A model generated the notes under the pieces. It was not told the DNA's origin. It ran no database searches and worked only from the letters and a program-made list of their open reading frames with translations. Below are positions 13,776 through 25,700 of a stretch of DNA of 64,000 nt, piece by piece; the first letter of the stretch is position 1; each line of letters starts with the position of its first letter. A program made the position numbers and the translations under genes. The stretch covers positions 75,950,001 through 76,014,000 of the forward strand of contig OZ320318.1 in NCBI GenBank assembly GCA_976226885.1, in the 5' to 3' direction. This DNA comes from Iphione sp. A-MEVVRFRX5. Lineage: Eukaryota.

Positions 13776-16700
13776 CCCCTCTCCCTCCTTCTTCCATCTT
13801 TCTCTATCTCTATCGCTGGGATTCGCCCTCCCCTTTTCTGTCTCTTTTTAATCTTTATTGCTCTCTCTTTTTCCTTCTCTCTATCTCTGCCTCTCTCTCT
13901 CTTCCAAACCTTTTGAGATCGTTGTTGTCATCACTGTCTTCCAGACTTTTGAGACACATTGTTGTCACCAATGTGTGATTCCTACCCTGTGTGTTGGGCC
14001 TCGCCTTGATATAGATTTTATGTCTCCGATCATGTACATTTGAAATGGGCTACTTTTAAATTGTAACACAGTAGCAATTGTGATAGAGAATGTGTCATTA
14101 TCAATAACGTTTTCAAAGTACTGATGTGATATAAAGTGTATAGTTATATGCTATCAAGAAAGGCCTTGTATGAGAACGTTGTAACAACTTTTTTCTTGGT
14201 GCCATGCCATGTGTAAACATAGCTAATCTTATCATCTTCATCTTATGGGTACCCTGGATACTTGGTGTTGTGACATCACTCTGTATAAAACAACTGACAA
14301 CTATTTTTTGAGCTACTTTAATGAATGGATATTTCTGGATCATGCAACGTTTGTGCACAGTGTTTGTCATTAGGTCTGAATACAGTCAATACTCCAAATC
14401 TGAACAATCACCGTTTCTGCCGAAATGGTTTGGATTTTGGAAAATTCGGATCATTAGGTCGAGTACAGTCAATACTCCAAATCTGAACAATCACCGTTTC
14501 CGCCAAAATGGTTTGGATTTCGGAAAATTCAGATTTTGAATAATGGCCTAGGGCCACTGTCATTTTCAGCCAGTTAATTAGGGCCCTGGGCGCTTCCTCA
14601 ACACTTCTCATACCTATAAAATGTAAATAAGTTGTGTAATTATTGTGAACTATTTTAAACCTGAAGTAATGGAGAAATAATCCCTTTGACTCTGCATACC
14701 TACAAAAAGAAAATAAATCATGTAATTAATGTGAACTATTCTAAATCTGAAATAATGGAGAAATTACTCCTGCAAACTTCCCTTTGACTCTGCATACCCA
14801 CAAAAAGAAAATAAATCATGTAATTAATGTGAACTATTCTCAACTATGTCTAGGGTCTCCTGAAGAAGTCTGCAATGGTCTTCTGCTTGCACTTCTTCAC
14901 TGCTGCCATCTCTGTCTTCTTCAGGATAGCATGAAGAGAAGACACAATCTCAGTGTTGCCTTGGTCCTCCCAGAAGGATACAGCACAGTCCAGTCCTTGC
15001 CTCACTTCTTTGATGATGACAAGCTCCACATTCTCATCCTCTTCCTCCTCCTCTTCTTCCTATTCTTCTCTCTTCCTCTTGCCTACCAGCTGGATGATGC
15101 TCTGATCATCCAGCTCTCCTCATGCAGGCTCCTGGGAGTCACAGGACACATATTCATCTGCTGTTCCTGTGTCCTCCCCTTGCTTTTCCTGGAAGTCTTG
15201 GAGCAGGGTCCTCAGCTCTGAGAATTGGATGTTTTCCTCTTCCTCCTCTTCATCTGTGGCCGGACTGGTGGTATCTGGAAGGATGTCCACATGTTTCCAA
15301 ATCTGGCAATGGTGGTACTGGTGACAGCTGCCCATGCCTCATGGATCATCAGGATGGCCTTCCTGACATCTGTGGTCTGTGGTTGCCCTGACTCAACACA
15401 GGTCAGGAAGTGCCTAACCAGCCTTCTCCTGTACTGGGCCTTGAAGGAGGCTATGATGCCTCCAGCCAGGGGCTGAAGATGACTGGTGGTGTTAGGAGGC
15501 AGGTTGATGATCTTAAGGTTCTTGTACTCCTGAGTTGTCTATTGGCTGGCTGCATTGTCACAGAGGAGGACATATCTCCTCTTCTGACCTCTTGCTCTGT
15601 CATCCCACTTCTTCAGGAGTTTTTCCCACAGGGTTGAAGTTATCCATGTCTTACTGTTAGTCCTGTAGGTAACATACATGGAAGGGTCAAAGTCCTTCCC
15701 AAAGCATCTAGGCCTGGCTGACTTGCCTATCACAAAGGGCCTGATCTTCCCAGTCCCTGTGGCTCTTCAATGAGTAGTATGTCCCTTTGATTTATAACAA
15801 GTGTGGGGGAGAGTGACCAGGGCGAGCCAACAGCTTGCCGAGGGGCAAACTGGTCAAAGAGTAGCGTTTCCCTTTGATTTATAACAAACTTGGGGCAGAG
15901 CGGCCAGAATGATCTAACAGCTCGCTGAGATGCAAGTTCTTCAATGAGTAGCATAACCCTTTGATTCAGAATGAACATGTGGGAGAGCAACTGGTCTGAG
16001 CCGACACCTTGCCGAGGTGCAAGCTGGTCAAAGAATAGTGTTTCCCTTTGATTTATAATGAATGTGGAAGACAGAGCATTCGGTTTTTGAATATATACAG
16101 GCTTGAGTAATGAATGTGTCATTAGAATGAAGATGCTGATTTAATATACATGTACAGTATAACCTTGATATTACACACCTCGCTATTCCAGTGCCTTCAC
16201 TTTTCCAAGCAAATTCATTTAGTACAGAAATAGACAATTAATGTAAACACCCTCCCTATTCAAGTACCCTTTTTATTGCAGGTATAATTATTTGGTGGTA
16301 AGCTTTATTGCAATAGTGAGGTTTTACCACTCCCTGACTGCGGATGCATCTCCAATGCAGACGCGTCTCAAATGCGGACGATTTGATGCAGAACGAAATG
16401 ATTTCCTATAGTTAACCATTATAAGGGGACGTCTCCATTCAGGACAGCAATTTTTGCACAGTGTCTCACTGCAGACACGGTACTGTCGCGGTTGTAGGGG
16501 GGGTTATTGGCTGTCTGTAGTTGATTTCAAAGCTACACAAGGTGTTGTTGTGCTGGTATATGGGGGCTCGGCTCCCCTGACACCTGGGGAGGTTCAAAAA
16601 GACTGTTGTTTCTTTGATTACGGGGTGTCCATCTCACCTAGGTCATATCAAACGGTCATATCGACCTGACAGCAAACAGCCCAGATGAGGAAGACTGGAC

Positions 16701-19700
16701 TGCTGAGGTGGCAGAAGATGAGGAGGAGGATGCAGAGGAGGATCCACAGGAGGAGACATGCAAAACCAGTGACTCTGATATCCAGGAAATGTTCCTGAAG
16801 ATGAGGAAGCACTTCGTACACAAAGGGGACATTGAGTGCTTGAATGTGCTTCAATCACTTCAGCAGTGCCATTTTAACAGAACTCTCACAAGGAAACCTG
16901 TCCAGACCACTTTGCATAGTTTCTTTAAGAAATAAGCTGATTTATGTATGTGTGTTGTTATCTGCTGAATTATTATATTTTCAATTATTTATAACTGAAT
17001 AAACTCATAAACATACTTCTGTGTTGTTATATGTGTGTATGGTATTTGAAGAGAGAGAGGGAGAAAGGGAAAATAATTTTAACTTTGACCCCCCATACAC
17101 TACTCACAAATGTCTACTGCGGACGCGTCTCCAATGCGGACAAATTCAAAAATAAAGATGGGTGTCCAGATTCGAGGGAGTCTACTGTATTGTATATCTT
17201 TGTCAAACACTACATTTGTGTTAGAGAAAAATATATACTGAGAAAGATTTCATGACAAATTTGTATTCATCTTGAAAAGTGAATGTTGATGTATTTCTGG
17301 CTCCATTATAGCTCTGTGTTCTTCTCTCTCTTGGTACCAGGAACAGGTGAAAAAAGTGTCCTTTACCGAAGTTCTGAAGGCCCCCAGACTCCTGGTTATG
17401 ACGTTACTTCTGGCTTATCTTTTGTAAGTTATTTTTTCATCATTGGTTGGCTCCAGGGACATTGAAAGTGGTGAGGTGGGGAGTGTGACACCCAACAGAG
17501 ATAATCAAATCCATACATCATACACATATGTTTTCATGACTATGGTACTGTGTTTTCATGGTGGACTTTTTTTGAGAATAATAGTAGGAGTGTTTCTATG
17601 CATGCTTGTGGTGTGTAATCTGTCTGCATGTACCATATTTTCAAAGTGGGAAAGTTCCCAATCCCATTTTTCATGTTTAAGGTACATTCATATAAAATCT
17701 GGTTAACTTACTGCCTATGGACAGTTAAAGTAACCTTCTTAGAATAACTGCCTGAGATTATATTGATAGAAAGGTTGCGTAGTGAACATAGTTTCAAAGT
17801 GATGTGAGGTGGAACTTCTTCAAAAGAACTGTGAGCAAATATTAGCAGATATGAGCTATTCAGTCACTGTCTCTGTACCCTTTTATAGATGTTCTTTAAG
17901 GTGCCAATCCTTGCCTGGTGACAGCTTTGATGGTTCACACTTCCCTTCACACTCATTGCCTCATCTCCTGCTGTACCTATGTGATGTCCATCATTGTTCC
18001 CTTTAGCAACTTCACCCTCATTATTTCATACTGCTGGACCTCTTTAAGGATTATCTTATCTCCTATTGTTTAACAGCAGTACCATTTGTGAGACTGTTCA
18101 TAAGGGGTCCAAGGTGAGGTGGTACCATTTAGTGGATGGTCCCTCTGTTGAGACTTTTATGAAACATAAATACCGGGAAATGTTTTGGTTCTTTGAATAT
18201 CTGGTCCTATTTTGGGGGTGGTCCTTGTTTTTGGATGGTCTTAAAAAGAGTTGTACTGTATATATATATATATATTTTTCTTAATTTACTGGCTTAGTAC
18301 ACACAATGAAGGTATACAATGTATTGCATCTAGCATAAGGATATATAAAGGACGATAGAAGTAAAATACAAATGAATTACAGATTGGCTATTATTGGTTC
18401 CTAGTTTTGAGTAGGAACATATGTACAGTCACCTCTCACCCTGCGACCAGGCAACCACTTGCTCAGGATGACTGCTTCTGTCCAGAACTGACTGTTTCTC
18501 TGTACATTTCCTATATGATGGTTTCTTCCGAAGGCAACCAGGGCAACCATTCAGCCAATGAGACCACCATTTTTAGTACCAAACACTGATTTTATGCTGC
18601 CTTGAGCGACCACTTGGCTCTTTGAATGGTCTCCCCAGCTGAGAACTTGGTGGGCACTCGCCTCCAAAGTGTCAGGGGAGACTCAAACCCAGGTTGCCCA
18701 CATCGCAGGAGGGTCTCCCCCGCCGAGAACTCAGTGGGTGCTTGCCTCCAAGGTAGCAGGGGAGACTCAAGCCCAGGTTGCCCGCACCATAGGAGGTTCG
18801 CCCGCCCAAGAACTTGGTGGGCCCTAAGCCTTGTAGGTGACAGAGGATACTCAAGCCCAGGTCACTGTAGGAGGCCCTCCGAGAACTCAGCGATCGCCCA
18901 TCACTGACACCTGCCATAGGTATGAAAACTCGGCTCTTTGAATAGATTTCTCTAGCTGAGAAGGGCGACGACACCAGCCGACAGCTGCAGGATGTTCTGT
19001 GTTCCCAGAATGATAGAAAGATGGCTATGGTTGACCGTCACTGTCCTGCCTTCTACGTCTACCCTCCTGCCATCTCCACCCGCTGCTTTGCTGCAAATAC
19101 TCACTGTCCTGCATTCTACATTGACCATCCTGCCATATACACCTGCCTCTCTGCTGCTGATACTCACTGTCCTGCTTCTATGTCTATCCTCCTGCTGTCT
19201 ACACCTGCCTCTCTACCACTGATACTCGCTGTCCTCTACATATACCCTCCTGTATCTACCCTCCTGCATTTACCATCAAGCACCATGACTTCACCAAAGA
19301 GGAATGAACTGTGTCTAGCTGACAAAGTCAAGCTTATCCAGGCCAGTGAGGGGAAGAGAAGGCTCTTGGCACTAACATTGGCAAAACTCAGCTCCACAAT
19401 GTCCTGAAGAGGAAGGCATCCATCATGGAGGACTTTGACAGATCCTTCAACCCGCAAGCCAAGAGAAGGTATCTCACCCCTGATCTCACCACCTTGGATA
19501 AGACTGTCATCAGCTGGTTCCAGAAGGACAGGGATATGCAGGTCCCTATGTCTGGGACAATGATCAGGGAGAAAGTCATGCTGATCAGCAAGGAGCTGAG
19601 GATAGAAAAATTCTCTTGCTCTGAGGGATCGCTGTCAAGGTTCAAGAAGAGATACTGCATCTCTGGTGTCAACATGTCTGGAGAGAGGGCCAGTGTCCCT

Positions 19701-22700
19701 GAGGAGGCAGTGGAGCAGTGGCAGGAGAGACTGCCCATCCTCCTTGAGAAATACAGGGAAGAAGACATCTACAGCATGGACGAGACAGGTGTCTTCTTCA
19801 GGGTCCTCCCAGACAAGACCTTGGCCATCAAGGGCAGTGACACAGCTGGGGATCAACAAGAAGATGAAGGCCCAGGAAAGAAAGATGGCATTGATCCTGA
19901 ACAATGCCCCTTCACACCCCTATCACCGGAGGCTGTCTAATGTAAAGTTGGTGTTCCTCCCTGCCAAAACGACATCCCTGCTGCAGTCCCTTGACCAAGG
20001 GATCTCCAGATGTGTAAAGAGTCATCACCACAAGGCTCTCCTCATGGATGTGCTGGCCAAGATTAACAGTGGAGAAGACCCCCAGTAAATCATCAAGAGT
20101 GTGGATATTCACATGGCTATCACCTGGATCAAGGGGGCTGTGAAGGCTGTGCAAGCCAGCAGTCTTCAAGTGCTTCAAAAAGGCTGGAGTAGCCCCTGAT
20201 CCAGGTGATGCTGATCTCAGCTTATCACAGCCTGAGGAGGAAGATGCTGAGGATATCCCCCTGGCAGAGCTTCTCAGAAGGACACATGATGGACTTCACC
20301 TCCAAGAAACAGCTCTGACCAGGGAGGAGTATGAGCAGATGATAGACTGTCCTTCTCATGACCCCACGGACATGGGATGGTAGCAGCACTTCATTGAAGA
20401 GGCAAAGGAGATTTTCAAGTTGGGATCCAAGTTCAAGATGGATCATGTCAGGATCTAGTGTCTGCCTGAGGGCATTGACCTTGCCTTAGATCCTGTCATG
20501 GATATTATTAGCATAATAGAAAAGTGTCATGCTCAAAGGACTACAGTGCAGTCAACCATCCACCACTTCTTCAAGAAGAACTGAATGATGGACAGTAGTC
20601 TGTAAATTGCAAACTTACTACATATGTACTAATGTGTACTTGTACATCATCTGAAAAATTTATTTCAATAAATGTCTATAAATATGTTACTCTTTACTTC
20701 ATTTTAATCATTAATTTTTCAATTATCCCACGAATGGTCTAAGGAATAATCATATAATCTTTGTAGAGAGAGAAGGAAAAGGGGAGTGAATTTTGCAGTT
20801 TGACCCCCTAACCAATGCCTTAGGCGACCATTCGCGTCAGGCGACCACTTCTGGTAAGTCCCTGTGGTGGTTGCCTAAAGCGGAGATTACTGTATATCAT
20901 TTCCATATGTACATTTCACGACCTACTATGGATTATCTGAAATTCTTCTGTCTTCCAGTCTACGAATCATCTTATAGTCCTCGATCAATCAATTCACTTT
21001 AAGGTTACCCACCGAAATTATATAATTTTAACTCAGATACACCCATCGACGTGGTCAACGACCTAGATGTTTCTGGTTTTGCAATACCGACGGCCCCGCC
21101 TAACCGGAGGAGTAGGGGAATCCGAAAATATGTCCGGTTGGGAGGGGGTCCGGAATGGCGGTCGAGCACCATGCGTCTCCTGGTGGGGAAAACTGTCATA
21201 ATGGTAAAACATGATTGAGGCATATTCCATGGAGAAAATGTCAAAAACGGCAAATTTCAAGGAGAATGTGACGAAAAACGGCAAAATTCATGGAGATTGA
21301 GGCATATTCCATGGAGAAAATGTCAAAAACGGCAAATTTCAAGGAGAATGTGACGAAAAACGGCAAAATTCATGGAGATTAAGGCATATTCCATGGAGAA
21401 AATGTCACTCTTATGTAATCATCTCGCATGTCTGTATTTGACTTTAAACCCCTGATAGTCGCTCTGCGCTCTGTTGTTTCTTCCTTTAGGAGTGTCAACG
21501 GATGTCCTGTGTTGTTCGAGCGACTACACTTCAAACAAACCCCTATCCATTGTCGTTGGTTCGCCCTTGTCGCGCAGAGACGATAAGGCGACTCTCACAA
21601 CACGCCTCCGGTTAAATGGCTGTATTTCCTATGTTAAACGCTCTAAAATGCAGCTAAATTTCGTCCGAATCCGGAGACGGGGTCTCCGGTTAACTAGTAC
21701 AATTTATAGAGAAAAGGGCTTGGTTATTCCAATACCGTCCGGTTATGCGATGATTCCGGAAGGGAGGGGTCCGATAGAGGGGGGCCACCGGTACATGTAC
21801 TGGATATTGTATTTTGACGATACCTTTTATGCCTATATTGAGCATTTCAAGGTCAACAACCTGAAGGTTTCAAATATGCCATAATAGCAGGATCAACCAC
21901 CTTAGGTGGCTCCATTTCTTAACACCATTTGTTATGTACTGTACTATTTTCCCTACGATTTTCATGCAGTTATCAATATACCAATTATATATCAATTACC
22001 AAAATGATAAAAGGTCGACGAACGGTATCGTTCTTTCTTTGAATGTTCTGTCAGTTTTCCCTCTGACACCAGGTCGTAATATTCTACTACTATCCCTTCT
22101 TGTGTTTATTTTCTCTGTGTATTTTTGCAGAATACTTGTATATAACTTACGTATCCCTCTTGAATGTTTTACGAGAGCATGCAAGCTGCTCTCGTTTTCA
22201 GTTTAACAGAAATGTGAAGTTAATGTTTAGATGAAGCTCTTTTTTCTTCTGTGTTTCTCTACGATATGCAGGCCCGTAGCCAGGACGTTTCCTGGTGGGT
22301 ATCGGCAATACCCCCTATATCCCACAGGTGGAACGCATTTTTAACCTCTATGAAGGACCTGTAGGCATTAATGTTTTGGGGGGGAGATATCGGGCGATAC
22401 CCCCGATACCCCCTTGGCTACGGGCCTGGGTATGCAAGTTCTACATATAAGTGTGGAAACATACCATAAGAAAACTGACCTTAAATCATGAACTGTACTT
22501 ATATGCCTATGTTTCAGTGAGAACCACTTAGTTAAATTAATGGCTTGTGTCGGCACTCAATTCTTTCAAAACCCTCCAGCTTCACAGGTTCCTTTGTCTA
22601 CTACGGTCTGGCCTTAAGCATTTCCGAGTTGGCAGGAAATGCTTACCTCAACTTCTTCCTGTACAGTCTGGTGGAGGCGCTGGGCTATTTGTTCGTTGCC

Positions 22701-25700
22701 GTTGCCTACAACCGATTTGCCCGCCTCCTTCCCTTTGGTATCTGCTTCATAGGAGCTGGGATAGCATTATTTCTAACAGTGTTCATACCAGAAGGTAGGT
22801 GTACTGTTGGAGCTCGAGTCAAATTGTCTTTATATTTTTACATTTGACTACACGTTCACTATGTTTGCCTTTTATTTTTAAATGATTATCTCTAATCGAG
22901 GTAACACATGTATTATTCCTTTGAATTTATGAATTCTTATTGACTTCCAATCTTTGAATGAAGAAGGTTTGTTATAGCAGCTTGAAAATAAACTGTACAA
23001 AATGAGGGTAAACAGGTGCAAGTGAACGAACATATTGAACATCCTTCATAGAACATTCTGTGGTACAATTGACAGAACAATATAATGTAACAAAGTGAGT
23101 ATAATGCAGACACAACAGTTGGTTAAAATCACAGGCACTATTATCACGCAGTCGACAGTGGCTTGTATAAAACCTCCTTTTACAGGTACAAAGACGACAA
23201 TCCATAGTCAACTAGAGAATACAGTTGTCCACGACTGATTGTGAAGTGTTAGGTATCATGGTAATTAGCCTAACAGTAAATACACTTCCATCCCACTGTC
23301 GGAGGATCGATGTACACGTGTTTTTTGAATGCAGAGGAAGCTGTGTATATACAGAGAATGACATGCTATCTGTATGAATGTATACGTGTATGTCAACACA
23401 GGCCCGTAGCCAGGGCATTTTGTGGGGGGTATCGGACGATACCCCCAATACAGCAGGGTTGGAACTAATTTTTAAAAATCCATATAAAGGTCTATAGTCA
23501 TCAATGTCTGTGGGGGGTATCGTCCGATACCCCCGATACCCCCGTGGCTACGGGCCTGCAACATCTATGTCTACATGTTTCTGAGCGCCAGTATAATCTG
23601 TGTAAATTGCGCCCTTTTTTGTGTAAAAATCTACAAATACGCCAGTCAACTTACTTATACAGAAGTATTATCTCTGCGTTCTCGTGCTCAATGTACCCTT
23701 TTCCACATAAACCTGCGTCCATGGCCATAGTATTTTAGTGCTTTATACTAGTACACGCAGGCGTGTGGAAGCACTGCAGCGAAAATAGATACCCCAAGCA
23801 CAGAAACACAAGCCCAGAATGTGTACCAGAAACACCGACAAATGGTGTTCAAGTGTACATCAGTTGCTATGCTACCTGTCTCTATGTACTTTTAGACCGC
23901 GCTTGGATCACTGTCATGTTTGCTATCTTGGGTAAATTCTTCACGACCATTGCTTTCATCATCGTCTGGTTGGTGACCGTCGAGATTTTCCCCACCTCAG
24001 CCCGTGGGGTAGGACTGGGCGTGTGTAACAGTGCAGCCAGATTGGCCGCTGTCCTCTCATCCTATGTGTATCTTCTGGTAGGTGATTGTGACCTTAATGT
24101 CCAAGTGCTTTTATTTTAGTTATATACCCGTCAATGTAAAAAAAACATCGGGTGTAATATTCGTCTACGTAAGAATATCCAAACACAGATTTCACTGATT
24201 TCACTTTATATACGTAGCACATGTAGCTTTGTCTCACAAAGTACCATACTCTATAGAATCAGGAGACCTTGTATCTTATAGTACTATGTAAACGTATTCT
24301 TATTCTCCTGAATGGGATCTATAGTGTCCATCAGTGTATACCTGGCAACCATATACATTGTACATGTATTGTTACCTCAACATCGTGATTAAGCTGTGGA
24401 TATTTTATTTTGGAATTAACAAAGGGATATCTCTGACTCGTTCTATTCACATGTACTTGTTGTCGCTTGTCTCACAAAACGTAGGGGAAGGGTGGGTAAT
24501 TTGGACCCCCTAAGGAAAACATGCTCTAAAATCAAAATGTCTAAGCCAGTATCCAAAAACTTTGCTTATTTTGAAGCAATAGGGTGCTGTAGCACATTTT
24601 AACAAACTTGGGGAATTTTAGTTGGATTAGTCTTTGAGTAAAATGCATTTGAAAATCTTTTATGACTGGTACAGTTTACCCAACAGGGAGGGTAAATTGG
24701 ACCAGGTGCCATAGTCTGAACAGTCAGGTGTAAAATGACTGTAGGTCCTAGAATTGTAAGTCCCATGAACAACAGCATGGCTTTGAAAGGTTTTGGTCAC
24801 TATTAGTTGTAATGCCAATGGACTTTGTGACTTCAACCATCAAAATATGTACAACAGAATGAGACCTGCATTCCCAGGGTATTAGATTCCTTTCATACCT
24901 GTTGCTGCAACTTTATAAACTGTGTGTGCATGTATATTTAATATGTTTCACCAAACATTTTAAAAAGTGGAAAAATTCATTTGACAAGATAACCTTTCAG
25001 GCCTAAAAAAACTTGCACTAATGACAGGAGCTTTGTTGATGATCTTCTTGAATACCCGGACAAATTACCACACATTTATACCAGTTATCTTGTCATTAAA
25101 AGTCTAAGATATGTTAAAACCAAAAGTAAATAAATAAAAACCAATAAATGTTTCTCTATCTAATTTTTTAAATGATGCCTTTCATTTCAATAAAAAAAAT
25201 ACTTACAGTAGAAAAGGTTACATCATGGAGTGCCATAAACTTGCACTACATTTACTGTCTTAGTGCAAAATAGACTGTCTTCATATGATAGCTCCATGTG
25301 GAGACCAAATATGGATACCACAAGGTTTCTCCAAACCCTACTTAACAGATGAAATAAAAGGTTATGGTTGTGTAGGTAGATTGGACTGAGTCAGGTAGTT
25401 TGACAAGTGGTCCAATATACCCTCCCTATAGTGGTCCAATTTACCCACACACTAATCCCCAGGACAAATGTTTTCTGTGCATTTTTGTGTAGATGACAGA
25501 GACTAAACTTGATGTTAGTATTGCTTCTGAGTGAGACAGTATTGATATAAAGTTATGATAGGAGTCTATGTACTTTCTGCTCACAACTACATTGCCAAAT
25601 ATAATTGGTAAAATTAGATCAGTGAGACTTAAAACCAATAATGTGTCTCAGCTTGGCACATGTTTTTTTGAAGCCACTATATTTTAGTTCTGAGACATTA

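Larger units (their letters stand above)
18426..20892 (+). mobile_element. Near full-length pogo/Tigger DNA transposon C (~2.47 kb), defective
   Basis: TA|CAGTCACCTCTC ... GGAGATTACTG|TA; GCGACCA/GCAACCA subterminal motifs at both ends; internal transposase pseudogene. Confidence 0.85.

Noticed and set aside
13629-14043. ORFs with LSLSLS/SLSL repeats
   Set aside because: Translations of the (CT)n microsatellite.
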